Assembly: GCA_041666185.1 (NCBI GenBank)
Contig: JBAYHL010000001.1
Span: forward strand, 2,421 to 66,420
Length of the DNA stretch: 64,000 nt
Origin: Patescibacteria group bacterium
GTDB lineage: Bacteria > Patescibacteriota > UBA1384 > UBA12157 > JAENIV01
Direction: 5' to 3'
The translations under genes were made by a program, and so were the position numbers. Positions 29,920 through 40,051 of the stretch are shown one piece after another (within the stretch, counting starts at the first letter, position 1; every line of letters starts with the position of its first letter). Under the pieces are notes generated by a model that did no database searches, was not told the origin of the DNA, and worked only from the letters and a program-made list of their open reading frames with translations.

Positions 29920-31231
29920 GATACTTTCCGAGGTGACACAAAAAGTCACCTCTTTTGATAATAAAATTAAGACCCAAGTAGAATCAATGCGCTCTCTTTT
30001 AAAAACTCAGGACGGCGCAGGATTAGCTGCTAACCAAATTGGCGACAATAATCGCGTAATTGTTGTTGAGCTAGAAGACGAGAAAATAAAAAATTCTATT
30101 CCCTTCCAAGCCTTTATTAATCCGGAAATAGTTGAATGCTCCGAAGATAAAGACGATCTCGAAGAAGGATGTCTTTCTGTTCCTCAAATAGAACTACCGG
30201 TTGAAAGATCAACAAAAATTAAGATTCGTTTTCAAGATTTAGAAGGAAAAAAGAATAAATTAACTGCCAAAGATATTTTTGCTCGCATTCTTCAACACGA
30301 AATTGACCATTTAAATGGAATTATTTTTACCGAAAGGGTTAAAGAAAAATTTCTTGCAACGAATCCCAATTTAAAAAATATAAAAATTGCCTTTTTTGGC
30401 TCTGGTAACTTTGCCGCGACAATTTTAGAGGGGTTAATTTTATTAGGTCTTAAATTAGAAATTTTTACCGAAAGCGCTAAACCTTCCGGTCGTCATAAAG
30501 AAACAAAAACAACTCCAGTAGCGCAAATGGCGCAACGTTTTAGCAAAAAAGTAATTGAAGTTGACAATTTTTCAAATATTAAATCTAAAATTTCAGATCT
30601 CGATCTCTTGATTTGTACAGATTTCGGTCAAAAAATTCCCGTTGATATCTTAAAATTAGCAAAAATTACTGCCATTAACGTCCATCCTTCACTTTTACCA
30701 AAATATCGTGGACCAACACCAATTCAAACAGCAATTTTAGATGGTGCGAAAGAAACTGGCGTATCAATTATTAAAATGAGTGAAAAAATCGACGAAGGTG
30801 ATATTTTAGCTCAAATTAAAACTGATATATCCGAAGATGACAATAGCCTAACTTTGTCCAATATGTTGGCCACTCTTTCTTTAAAACTAATTTTTGAAGC
30901 TCTACCCTTAATCGTTAATGACCAACTTCAAAAATTAGAACAAAATGAAAAAAAAGCAACTTTAACCAAAAAGTTTCAAAAAGCTGACGGAGAAATTGAT
31001 TGGAATAAACAACCTGATCAAATTGAAAGACAAATTAGAGCTTTTTACCCTTGGCCAGGTTCTTATACATTCATAGGTGATCAAAGACTTATAATTCATA
31101 AGGCTCACATAACAGATGGCAAATTAGCCCTTGATATTGTTCAAGCAGAAGGCAAAAAACCTACAAAATGGTCTGATTTTCTACTCGGATTTCGCGGAGA
31201 AACACCTCAGTGGTTTGATAAAGTAAAATAA
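29888..31231 (+). CDS. def-fmt: peptide deformylase / methionyl-tRNA formyltransferase fusion
   Basis: GAGLAANQ, EGCLS and QHEIDHLNG, then FFGS, NVHPSLLPKYRGPTP and IRAFYPWP in one frame. Confidence 0.93.
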   Translation: MKKQLVTIPNKILSEVTQKVTSFDNKIKTQVESMRSLLKTQDGAGLAANQIGDNNRVIVVELEDEKIKNSIPFQAFINPEIVECSEDKDDLEEGCLSVPQIELPVERSTKIKIRFQDLEGKKNKLTAKDIFARILQHEIDHLNGIIFTERVKEKFLATNPNLKNIKIAFFGSGNFAATILEGLILLGLKLEIFTESAKPSGRHKETKTTPVAQMAQRFSKKVIEVDNFSNIKSKISDLDLLICTDFGQKIPVDILKLAKITAINVHPSLLPKYRGPTPIQTAILDGAKETGVSIIKMSEKIDEGDILAQIKTDISEDDNSLTLSNMLATLSLKLIFEALPLIVNDQLQKLEQNEKKATLTKKFQKADGEIDWNKQPDQIERQIRAFYPWPGSYTFIGDQRLIIHKAHITDGKLALDIVQAEGKKPTKWSDFLLGFRGETPQWFDKVK

Positions 31232-31311
31232 TATATAATAGTAGTAGTTAAATCAGAATTATTATAATTTTGATTTGTTATTTTAATTTTTGATCTATTG
31301 TGAGGAGGGGT

Positions 31312-34300
31312 ATGAACTTTATTTTTTGGAAAAAATCAAAGAGGACTAAAAAAGAAAAACCTGCCGCTGATCTATTATTACCAAAAGACAAGAAGGAAAT
31401 TGAAAAGCTTGCAGAAATGAAGTCGAAACACCTTGAAAGCGTCGAGGAGCTTAATCGTAAAATTACTACCATAGAAAGCTCTACCGAGACACTTGTGCCT
31501 AAATTTGGTCGTCTTCATCATTTACTTAGAGAAAAAATTGGTTGGTATCGTAATTGGCACACAAAACCATATACTCACAGTGTTCACTGGTTGGTTTTAT
31601 TACTTTATATTATCTCTCTTCCTATCGCCTATTTTTATCTTTCACCCTACGCATCAAGAACCAAAGCCATTACTTACGATTTTCCGAGATGGGAGCAAGT
31701 AAATCCAACCCCAACAGGCAATGACTTATTGAAGACCGCAGCTTGCTCTCAAGACGGTTCTGCTTGGACAGTTGGCGATGTTGGGACAATTTTTAGATCT
31801 TCTGCCACAGAAGACAATTGGGTCCGCCAATATACTAATACAGACAAGGATTTAAAAGATATTATTTGCATAGATCCAAGCAATATAATTGCAGTAGGTG
31901 CTTATGGCGATATTGTTCAATATAACGGTATTACTTGGACAACTAAAGCAAGTGGCACAACTAGTAATCTTTTTAATTTAGTTGCTCTTGATTCTACACA
32001 TATTATTGCAATTGGAAACTCTGGCGCTATAACTGTTTCCACTGATGCTGGTCAAACTTGGGAAGTTAAAACAAGTAGCACAACTGACAATCTTAGAAAT
32101 GCGGTTGCGTTTGATGCTACTCACACTCTTGCATTAGGAGTCTCTGGCCGTATTTTAATTTCTAATGATGCTGGTCAAACTTGGGAAGTTAAAACAAGTA
32201 GCACATCTGAAAATTTAAGAGGCGCAGCTATTCTTGATTCTACTCATGCAATTGCCGTAGGCGATAATGGAGCCATAACTGTTTCCACTGATATTGGTCA
32301 AACGTGGACGGCTAAAACAAGTGGAGATGGCAATCATTTTAACAGTGTGGTTGCTCTTGATTCCACTCATGCAATTGCCGTAAATTTTTTTGGAGGAATA
32401 GCTACCTCTTCTGATGCTGGACAGACATGGACACTTAAGACAAGTGGAACTGGCGATCATTTAATGAGTGTAACCGCCCTTGATTCTACCCATGCAATTA
32501 CGGTTGGTGATCATGGGACTGTATCTATCTCTTCTGATGCTGGACAGACATGGACACTTAAGACAAGTGGAACAACTAGTCTTCTAAGAAACGTAGCTAC
32601 TATTAGCTCCACTCGCGCGATTGCAGTAGGTGACTTTGGAGGCACGACTGTTTCTTCTAATGCTGGCCAAACATGGGTAACTAAGACAAGTGGCACAGTT
32701 GAAGAATTTTATGATGTTATCACCCTTGATTCCACTCATGCAATTGCGGTCGGAGTTGGTGGTTCTATTTTTCTCTCTTCTGATGCTGGTCAAACATGGA
32801 CAGCTAAAACAAGTGGAGTTTCAGCTCACCTTACTAGTGTAACTACTTTTGATTCTACTCATTTGGTTGCCGTAGGTTTTCCTGGAGGTTCCAAGACTAT
32901 TACTGTCTCTTCTGATGCTGGTCAAACATGGACAGCTAAAGAAACTGGGACTACCATTCTTGACGATGTAGCTGCTCTTAGTTCCGTTCGTGCTATCGCT
33001 GTTGGAATGACTAACGATGGACGTAGTGGCGCTGTCATGACTACCGCTGATGCTGGACAAACATGGACGACTAGGACAAGCGGAGCAACACAAACTCTTA
33101 AAGAGGTAGTTGCTCTTGATTCCACTCATGCAATTGCTGTTGGTAATTCTGGAACTATAATCGTCTCCACTAATGCAGGACAAACGTGGACAACTAAGGC
33201 AAGTGGAACAACACTGACTCTTCAGAAAGTAGTTGCTCTTGATTCCACTCATGCAATTGTGATCGGATCAAGTGGAACTATTATTGTCTCTTCTGATGCT
33301 GGTCAAACGTGGACAACTAAGGCAAGTGATACAACTAATCATTTAAATGGTATAACTGTTCTTGATTCCACTCATGCAATTGCAGCTGGAGCAAATGGAA
33401 CCATAACTGTCTCAGCTGATGCTGGTCAAACGTGGACGACTAAGGCAAGTGATACAACTAATCATTTGTTTGACATAAACTCTTTTAACGGTAACTACGT
33501 AATTGCGGTAGGTGATCTAGGGGGAATAACTGTCTCTTCTGATGCTGGTCAGACATGGACAAGCAAAGGAAGCGGAACAATCAATTTATTGCGTACTGCA
33601 TCCATTTTTGATGCCACCCATTCTACAGCAGTAGGTGATTTTGGTACCATTCTTCGTTATTATTCTCCTGCTAATGCGACTGCGACCAAACTTTTAATTA
33701 AGCTTCCCGGGCAATCTTTTGCTGATGGAGTAGGAGTAAGTGGTACACCTAACGCAGTTCAAGCAGGAGACCAAGTCACAGCAACTATTTACGCCGTTGA
33801 TGCTAACAATAATTTAGACAAAGGCAACGCTTCTTATGCTAGTTTTACTACCACTGATCCAAATGATAGTAACCCAGCCACTATTCAGCTTACTCAAGAC
33901 GGTACTTGTGTTCAAACCAATCGCCAACCAGGTGATCCAGAATGTGGCATTGGCACGGCTACTTTCCAATTTCATACAGCTGGCACTTGGACTATTAACA
34001 CTAATGACGCTTATGGTGTTCTTTCTTCTATAACATCATCAAGCGTTACCATCAACCCAGGAGACCCAGCAAAATTAGTTGTTTCAGGACTGCCTTCATC
34101 CCTTAATGCCGGGGCAGTTTCGGGAGCAGTAACCGTTAAAATTACCGATACATACGGTAACGAAACAACAACTGGTTCTAGCACAACCATCAACCTTTCA
34201 ACTACCAGTTCAAATGGAAAATTTGCTCAAAGTTCAAGTGGACCTTGGTCAGAAGAATCAAAAAATATTACCATTTCTGCTGGCAGCAGTTCAGCAACTT

Positions 34301-36162
34301 TTTACTATTATGATTTAAATGTTGGTACGCCAACTATTACAGCTTCAGAAACACCTTCTGCTGGTTGGGAAGACGATAGCGATATTTTAACTATTAATAC
34401 TGGAGCAATTTCCCAATCATCTTTAACGGTTGATAAAAATTCACTTGCTGCTGGCGAAAGTTTAACCGCCACCGTTACTTTAAAAAACAACGAGGGCACA
34501 GTATTACCAAGCAAATCAGTCCAATTATTTTCTTCTCGCAATACCAGCGAAACAACGACTGATAGCATTTCCCCTTCCAGCGCAACTACCGATTCAAACG
34601 GTGTCGCAAGTTTTACCGTTAGCTCAACCTCTATTGGTGACTTTATTCTTTCTGCCTATGACCAATCTGACAATCTCTATGTTGCTCAAGAACAAGGTGT
34701 CAGTGTAAGTATTGGAAATTTAGGAAAAATTGTTGTTGAAAGTAGTGCTTCAGAAGTACAACCAGGTTCACCTTTTGAAGTTACCGCAACCACGTACGAT
34801 AGCTACAACAATGTTAAAACAGATTTTACCGGCACACTTGAGTTTTCTTCATCCGACAGTTCAGTTAAATTTGTTGAAGCAAGCCACGCCCTTACTTCTA
34901 GTGAAAAAGGTAAATATACCCAATCTATTATTTTACAAGGAGAGGGTGAACAAAGCGTTCAAGTTACTGCTGACGGTATTTCCGGTATAGCCTATGTCAC
35001 TGTCACACCATCAGCAACACCAGCCGCTATTACTTCCCCAACGCCATCAGCAACCACTTCAACAATAATTACCACTCCATCGCCAACGGAGACTACCGCA
35101 AAACCTTTATCAGCCATAGAAGCCTTACAAGAATCACCAACATTACAAAAAATCGCTCAAGCCTTAACACCTGTTACTGCTACTGTTGCCACCCTAGGAA
35201 TCGTTCCTTTGTTGGTTCAAGCTTTTCCTCAAGGCTTTCAAGCATTAGCTTCACTATTTCCAGCAATTTTCACGGCTGCCGCCGTTAGACGCCGTCGCAA
35301 ACCATGGGGCATTGTCTACGACTCCATAACCGGCAAACCAGTTGACTTAGCAGTTGTAAGAGTCTTTAACGAGTCAAACGATAAATTAGTTGCCACTAAA
35401 GTTACTGATCAAAACGGTCGTTTTAACTTTTTACTTGCCAGAGGCAAATATTACGTCACTGTTACAAAAGCCGGTTATATTTTCCCACCAAAAATTTCTA
35501 AACTTAAAGCCTACCAACTTTCAACCAGATTTGGTCCACAAAGTGATATCTATTTTGGTCAACCATTTGTTATTGGTGCTGACGATACTAATGTCAACTT
35601 GAATATTGGCCTTGATCACAAAACACGCAACCTTTCCTTAGCTAACAAAACCATAATCTGGGTAAAAAATGGTCTTGATTGGTTCTTGATCGGACTCTCT
35701 TACTTTGCGGTTCCATTAATGATATTGGGAGCGATTTTTGCCAGTCTTGCTGTTGTGGTTGCACCTTCCACTTTCCACCTAGTCCTATCAGGATTCTACG
35801 TTTTACTACTTATTGCTTATCTTATCGGTAGTCGAATCCAAGCTGCTCGCATTGGAACTGTTTTTGATTCAATTTCTAAAAAACCAATTGCTAAAGCAAC
35901 TGTTTCGATTTTTGATAAAGAGTACAACGCTATTAGAGAAATTAAAACTACTGATCAAAATGGTCGTTTCGCCATTTTAGCCCAACGTGGACAATATTAT
36001 TTAACCGTTCAAGCTAAAGGTTATAAATTCCCATCTAAAGAATTTTCTTACCAAAAGAAGGATAAGAAATTAGGTCATATCTATCTTGGCGAAACTATCA
36101 ATAATAAAAAACCTGGTTTTGTTAGTGTTCATATTCCATTGGACAAAGAGGAAAAGAAATAA
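31312..36162 (+). CDS. giant surface protein: BNR/Asp-box propeller repeats, Ig-like domains, TM segments and two carboxypeptidase-regulatory-like domains
   Basis: 13 copies of the SxDxGQTW-type motif, TTDSNGVASF Ig motif, Pro/Thr linker, two TDQNGRF domains. Confidence 0.85.
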   Translation: MNFIFWKKSKRTKKEKPAADLLLPKDKKEIEKLAEMKSKHLESVEELNRKITTIESSTETLVPKFGRLHHLLREKIGWYRNWHTKPYTHSVHWLVLLLYIISLPIAYFYLSPYASRTKAITYDFPRWEQVNPTPTGNDLLKTAACSQDGSAWTVGDVGTIFRSSATEDNWVRQYTNTDKDLKDIICIDPSNIIAVGAYGDIVQYNGITWTTKASGTTSNLFNLVALDSTHIIAIGNSGAITVSTDAGQTWEVKTSSTTDNLRNAVAFDATHTLALGVSGRILISNDAGQTWEVKTSSTSENLRGAAILDSTHAIAVGDNGAITVSTDIGQTWTAKTSGDGNHFNSVVALDSTHAIAVNFFGGIATSSDAGQTWTLKTSGTGDHLMSVTALDSTHAITVGDHGTVSISSDAGQTWTLKTSGTTSLLRNVATISSTRAIAVGDFGGTTVSSNAGQTWVTKTSGTVEEFYDVITLDSTHAIAVGVGGSIFLSSDAGQTWTAKTSGVSAHLTSVTTFDSTHLVAVGFPGGSKTITVSSDAGQTWTAKETGTTILDDVAALSSVRAIAVGMTNDGRSGAVMTTADAGQTWTTRTSGATQTLKEVVALDSTHAIAVGNSGTIIVSTNAGQTWTTKASGTTLTLQKVVALDSTHAIVIGSSGTIIVSSDAGQTWTTKASDTTNHLNGITVLDSTHAIAAGANGTITVSADAGQTWTTKASDTTNHLFDINSFNGNYVIAVGDLGGITVSSDAGQTWTSKGSGTINLLRTASIFDATHSTAVGDFGTILRYYSPANATATKLLIKLPGQSFADGVGVSGTPNAVQAGDQVTATIYAVDANNNLDKGNASYASFTTTDPNDSNPATIQLTQDGTCVQTNRQPGDPECGIGTATFQFHTAGTWTINTNDAYGVLSSITSSSVTINPGDPAKLVVSGLPSSLNAGAVSGAVTVKITDTYGNETTTGSSTTINLSTTSSNGKFAQSSSGPWSEESKNITISAGSSSATFYYYDLNVGTPTITASETPSAGWEDDSDILTINTGAISQSSLTVDKNSLAAGESLTATVTLKNNEGTVLPSKSVQLFSSRNTSETTTDSISPSSATTDSNGVASFTVSSTSIGDFILSAYDQSDNLYVAQEQGVSVSIGNLGKIVVESSASEVQPGSPFEVTATTYDSYNNVKTDFTGTLEFSSSDSSVKFVEASHALTSSEKGKYTQSIILQGEGEQSVQVTADGISGIAYVTVTPSATPAAITSPTPSATTSTIITTPSPTETTAKPLSAIEALQESPTLQKIAQALTPVTATVATLGIVPLLVQAFPQGFQALASLFPAIFTAAAVRRRRKPWGIVYDSITGKPVDLAVVRVFNESNDKLVATKVTDQNGRFNFLLARGKYYVTVTKAGYIFPPKISKLKAYQLSTRFGPQSDIYFGQPFVIGADDTNVNLNIGLDHKTRNLSLANKTIIWVKNGLDWFLIGLSYFAVPLMILGAIFASLAVVVAPSTFHLVLSGFYVLLLIAYLIGSRIQAARIGTVFDSISKKPIAKATVSIFDKEYNAIREIKTTDQNGRFAILAQRGQYYLTVQAKGYKFPSKEFSYQKKDKKLGHIYLGETINNKKPGFVSVHIPLDKEEKK
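31930..33650 (+). repeat. about 123-bp (41-aa) coding tandem repeats
   Basis: GATGCTGG(T/A)CA(A/G)AC and GATTCCACTCATGCAATT recur with a period near 123 bp. Confidence 0.9.
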
Positions 36163-36175
36163 GAATACTAAAAAC

Positions 36176-36217
36176 AAAAATACCCCTGCAAACGAAACTC
36201 TGCAGGGGTATTTTTTT
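36176..36217. terminator. bidirectional intrinsic terminator
   Basis: AAAAATACCCCTGCA...TGCAGGGGTATTTTT between convergent genes. Confidence 0.85.
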
Positions 36218-36238
36218 ATTCTTTAAAAGAAATTTTTT

Positions 36239-37852
36239 CTACAAAAGAGCATCAAGAAGACTATAACCTGTCATTTCTGGTGGTTGTTCAAGACTTAAGA
36301 TATCTAAAACTGTCGGAGCAATATCTGCTAAAATCCCAACAGCTTTTTTTTCACTCTGCTGCAAAGGATTTTTTTTGTACTGTGGCCCAACCAAAATAAA
36401 AGGTACCGGCGAAACAGAATGTTCGGTGTCGATTTGGTTACTCTCTGAATTAAACATTCGTTCAGCATTACCATGATCGGCAGTAATTAGAAAAATTGTT
36501 TCAGGAAATTGACTAGTTAATCTGCCAAGTTCCTTGTCAACAGCCTCGACCGCTTTAATAGTTGCTTTCAAATTCCCTGTATGACCAACCATGTCCGTAT
36601 TAGCAAAATTAATCATAATAAAATCGTATTGATTATTTTCAGATCTTTTAAAAATTTCATCGGTAACTTTAGAAGCTGACATTTCCGGGCGCAGATCGTA
36701 TGTTGGCACCTTAGGCGATTGAATTACCGCCCACTCTTCTCCCGGATAAGGTACCGGACTACCACCATCAAAAAAATAAGTTGCGTGAGCATATTTTTCT
36801 GTTTCAGTTGCATGAAGCTGCTTTAAACCTTGAGCGCTAATAACTTTTGATAATGGATTTTCAATTTTTTCCGTTGGCAAAACAACTCGAATAGGTAAAT
36901 TTTCTTCATATTCCACAATACTAGCAACTTGAACATTCTTTAACAGCTTTTTTTCTGGATATTTCTGCTGAGGCAACATAAAAGTTTCAACTAACTGCCT
37001 AATTCTTTCTGGCCGAAAATTGAAAAATATAATCGAATCCCCATCTTTAATTAAACCCTGCGGTTTTGTAGATATTTCGGATTGTTTGGGAAAAAGTCGA
37101 TCAAATACCCCCTGCTCTTTTGGGAAATTGATAATTGCTGTTGGTTTAATAAATTCATCAGTTTCACCACGAGCATAAGCTCCTAAAATTGCTTCTCCTG
37201 CAGAATGAGCAGTTTCACCACGACCCAAAACCATACAATCGTAAGCCGCAAAAGTTCTTTCCCAATGACTATCACGATCCATAGAGTAATAACGACCAAT
37301 TATACTAGCAATTCGCGTATTAAGACGGAGCGCTTGAATTCTAGATTCAAGTTTATTAATATACAAAAGAGCCGTTTTTATAGGAGTATCGCGACCATCG
37401 GTAAACATATGAATATACGAAGGTTGTTTAAAATGATGCTGTTTAAGCGTTTCTAATAAAGCAAAAAGGTGGTCAATGTGACTATGAACTCCGCCAGCAC
37501 TCACTAACCCAACAAAATGAAGGCTAGTTTTATTTTTTTTAGCATAATTAATAGTATCAATCAAAACAGAGTTTTTGAAAAACATTCCTGAAGCAATAGC
37601 TTTTGATACACGAGGTAGATCCTGGTTGATAATACGACCCGACCCCAAACAAGTGTGACCTACTTCGGAACTACCAACATTACCCCACGGCAAACCAACT
37701 GGTTCACCCGCTGCCTCAATTAAAGCATGTGGATAATTTTGCCAGAGCCTATCAAAATTAGGCTTCTTAGCAAGAGCAATGGCATTTCCTTTAGTAATTT
37801 CACTATAACCCCAACCATCCATCACAACTAAAATAACTTTGGGTTGATACAT
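36239..37852 (-). CDS. gpmI: 2,3-bisphosphoglycerate-independent phosphoglycerate mutase
   Basis: VMDGWG, GSSEVGH, GGVHSH, DGRD, ETEKYAH, DMVGHTG and TADHGNAE; GGAGG SD before ATG 37852. Confidence 0.96.
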   Translation of the reverse strand: MYQPKVILVVMDGWGYSEITKGNAIALAKKPNFDRLWQNYPHALIEAAGEPVGLPWGNVGSSEVGHTCLGSGRIINQDLPRVSKAIASGMFFKNSVLIDTINYAKKNKTSLHFVGLVSAGGVHSHIDHLFALLETLKQHHFKQPSYIHMFTDGRDTPIKTALLYINKLESRIQALRLNTRIASIIGRYYSMDRDSHWERTFAAYDCMVLGRGETAHSAGEAILGAYARGETDEFIKPTAIINFPKEQGVFDRLFPKQSEISTKPQGLIKDGDSIIFFNFRPERIRQLVETFMLPQQKYPEKKLLKNVQVASIVEYEENLPIRVVLPTEKIENPLSKVISAQGLKQLHATETEKYAHATYFFDGGSPVPYPGEEWAVIQSPKVPTYDLRPEMSASKVTDEIFKRSENNQYDFIMINFANTDMVGHTGNLKATIKAVEAVDKELGRLTSQFPETIFLITADHGNAERMFNSESNQIDTEHSVSPVPFILVGPQYKKNPLQQSEKKAVGILADIAPTVLDILSLEQPPEMTGYSLLDALL

Positions 37853-37982
37853 AACCCTCCTGTTTTGATTATACCAAAAAAATCTTAAATCTAAAATCGT
37901 AATAACACTTAAGATTTTTAATAATTCGTTGACACAAAGCAAGCTAACTGCTATAATTAAGTCTAAAGGAATTAAATAATCT

Positions 37983-38492
37983 ATGTTATCAATTAGACTT
38001 CGCCGTACAGGCAAAAAAAAGAAACCTTCGTACAGAATTGTTGTCACAGACAATCGTGCGCCTATTTATGGTAAATATTTAGAAATGATTGGTCATTATG
38101 ACCCTTTTACTAAAGTAGTTGTTTTAGACAAAGAAAAAGCTTTGGAATGGATGAACAAAGGCGCTAAACCAAGCGATACAGTAGGAAAAATTCTCGAAGC
38201 TCAAGGCGTAAAACATAAAAGCATTGTCATTAAAAAGTTTAGAGCTGTTTCTAAAAAAGAACTTGAAGTCCAAAAAGCTCAAGATGAAGCCGAAAAAGAA
38301 AAAGAACGCCAAGAAAAAGAAGCCGCAAAAGAAGCTTTTGAACAACAGGTAGAAGCTGAAAAAGCTGAACAACCTTCTTCCGAAGAAAAACTTCAAGAAG
38401 CAGCTGAAGAATCTATCAAAGAAATAAAAGAAGAAGAATCTACTAAACCAGAAGAAAAACCTGAAAAAGCAGAGCCAGAAGACAAAGAGTAA
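37983..38492 (+). CDS. rpsP: 30S ribosomal protein S16 with long acidic tail
   Basis: MLSIRLRRTGKKKKPSYRIVV and GAKPSDTV. Confidence 0.97.
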   Translation: MLSIRLRRTGKKKKPSYRIVVTDNRAPIYGKYLEMIGHYDPFTKVVVLDKEKALEWMNKGAKPSDTVGKILEAQGVKHKSIVIKKFRAVSKKELEVQKAQDEAEKEKERQEKEAAKEAFEQQVEAEKAEQPSSEEKLQEAAEESIKEIKEEESTKPEEKPEKAEPEDKE

Positions 38493-38606
38493 TTTCTTCT
38501 TGACACTTTGAAAATTTTGAATAGTTTTAGTAAAATTAAGTTGAAGGCAGAATTAAACGGTCGAAACTGCTTTTAAGAAAAAGAAAGAAAGATTTGGGAG
38601 TTTAAA

Positions 38607-38939
38607 ATGGCTGAAGCAGATAAAGAGTTCGTCGATAACGTTGTCAAAGCAATCGTCGACCATCCAGACGATGTCAAAACCAAAAGATCAGTTGATGAAA
38701 TGGGAGTTTTAATCGAACTTTCCGTTCACCCTGAAGATATGGGAAAAATCATCGGTAAAGAAGGTCGAACAGCTAAGTCTATTCGCACACTCCTTCGAGT
38801 TTTAGGGGCCAAAAACAATGCTCGCGTCAACCTTAAGATTATTGAACCAGAAGGTGGTCGTGAAGTAAAAGTCCCTGAAGACAAAGATGACAAGAATTCT
38901 AAAACACTCGAAGAAGGTCAAGTCACCGAAGTAGTCTAA
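38607..38939 (+). CDS. khpA: KH-domain RNA-binding protein KhpA
   Basis: DMGKIIGKEGRTAKSIRTLL; directly after rpsP. Confidence 0.93.
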   Translation: MAEADKEFVDNVVKAIVDHPDDVKTKRSVDEMGVLIELSVHPEDMGKIIGKEGRTAKSIRTLLRVLGAKNNARVNLKIIEPEGGREVKVPEDKDDKNSKTLEEGQVTEVV

Positions 38940-38962
38940 CGTTTAAAAAAAACAAAATTATA

Positions 38963-39023
38963 GGATCGCCACAGTCCTTTGTTTCGATTTTTATCGAAGT
39001 GCAGGAATGTGGCGATTCTTTTT
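38963..39023 (+). terminator. long hairpin followed by a T tract between khpA and trmD
   Basis: GGATCGCCACA...TGTGGCGATTC enclosing TTCGAT-tttt-ATCGAA. Confidence 0.6.
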
Positions 39024-39040
39024 AAGAAAAAGAAGCCATC

Positions 39041-39712
39041 ATGATTTATAATGTCTTAACAACCCAAAACAATATTTACGACTCGTTTTTAAAAACTGGT
39101 CTTATTGCGCGTGGAATGAAGAAAAAAATCATCAATATCAATATTTTTAATCTTTATGATTTTGGCCTCGGCGCTCACAAAACAATTGATGACACACCAT
39201 ACGGTGGTGGCCCAGGAATGGTTTTACGTGTTGATATGATAGATAAAGCCATCACAAAAATAAGTGAAGGAAAGAAAAAGAAAAAAATAATATTATTAAC
39301 TCCTCAAGGGAAAAAATTTAATTCACAAATAGCCAAAAAACTCGCTAAAGAAAAAGAACTCATTTTAATTGCTGGTCGTTTTGAAGGATATGATGAACGA
39401 ATTAGAGAATTTGTTGACGAGGAAATTTCGATTGGTGACTATGTCTTAACTTCCGGAGATTTGCCAACCATGGTTTTAATTGATTCAATTTCTCGCCAAA
39501 TTCCAAAATTTATAGAAAAATCCGAATCAATCCAAGAAGAATCTTTTGAAAAAAATTGTTTAGAATACCCCCAATACACCAGACCAGAAATATACAAAAA
39601 TAAAAAAGTACCAACAATTTTACTTTCCGGAGATCATGAAAAAGTTAGAAAATGGCGTCAAAAAAAAGCTTTAGAAAAAACTCAAAAACGTCGGCCAGAT
39701 TTAACCTTTTAG
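39041..39712 (+). CDS. trmD: tRNA (guanine-N1)-methyltransferase
   Basis: DDTPYGGGPGM, GRFEGYDER, SIGDYVL and EYPQYTRP. Confidence 0.97.
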   Translation: MIYNVLTTQNNIYDSFLKTGLIARGMKKKIININIFNLYDFGLGAHKTIDDTPYGGGPGMVLRVDMIDKAITKISEGKKKKKIILLTPQGKKFNSQIAKKLAKEKELILIAGRFEGYDERIREFVDEEISIGDYVLTSGDLPTMVLIDSISRQIPKFIEKSESIQEESFEKNCLEYPQYTRPEIYKNKKVPTILLSGDHEKVRKWRQKKALEKTQKRRPDLTF

Positions 39713-39765
39713 GATTTGACAAAAACAACAAGATACCATATAATATTAGTACAAGGAGTCAGATT

Positions 39766-40041
39766 TTGCCTAATTTAAGGGAAATTATCCAACAAATTCA
39801 AAGAGATCTTTCCTGTCCAATTTGCGGTAAAAATTACGAAATTGGCAAAATTAGACTTCGCGGACTTTTTGACCAAACACTTATTGTCCAAACAATTTGC
39901 AACAGTGGTCATATAACACTTTTCATGACAACTGTAAAAAAAGACCAAAAGAAAACTCCAATATCAACAAATAACATTATTGATCTTCATAAAAGTTTAG
40001 AAAATTTCAATGGAGATTTCCAAAAATTGTGGAAAAGCTAA
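39766..40041 (+). CDS. small zinc-binding hypothetical protein
   Basis: CPIC...C..GH; AGGAG before TTG 39766. Confidence 0.65.
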   Translation: MPNLREIIQQIQRDLSCPICGKNYEIGKIRLRGLFDQTLIVQTICNSGHITLFMTTVKKDQKKTPISTNNIIDLHKSLENFNGDFQKLWKS

Positions 40042-40051
40042 AAAGGACAAA

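Noticed and set aside
31930-33650. Regularly spaced repeats resembling a CRISPR array or DGR template
   Set aside because: They are in-frame protein repeats with codon-type variation; no cas or reverse transcriptase gene in the window
37853-38053. N-terminal extension of gpmI overlapping rpsP in the ORF track
   Set aside because: The SD and family homology start at ATG 37852; the same applies to the upstream extensions called for def-fmt, rplY, miaB and smpB
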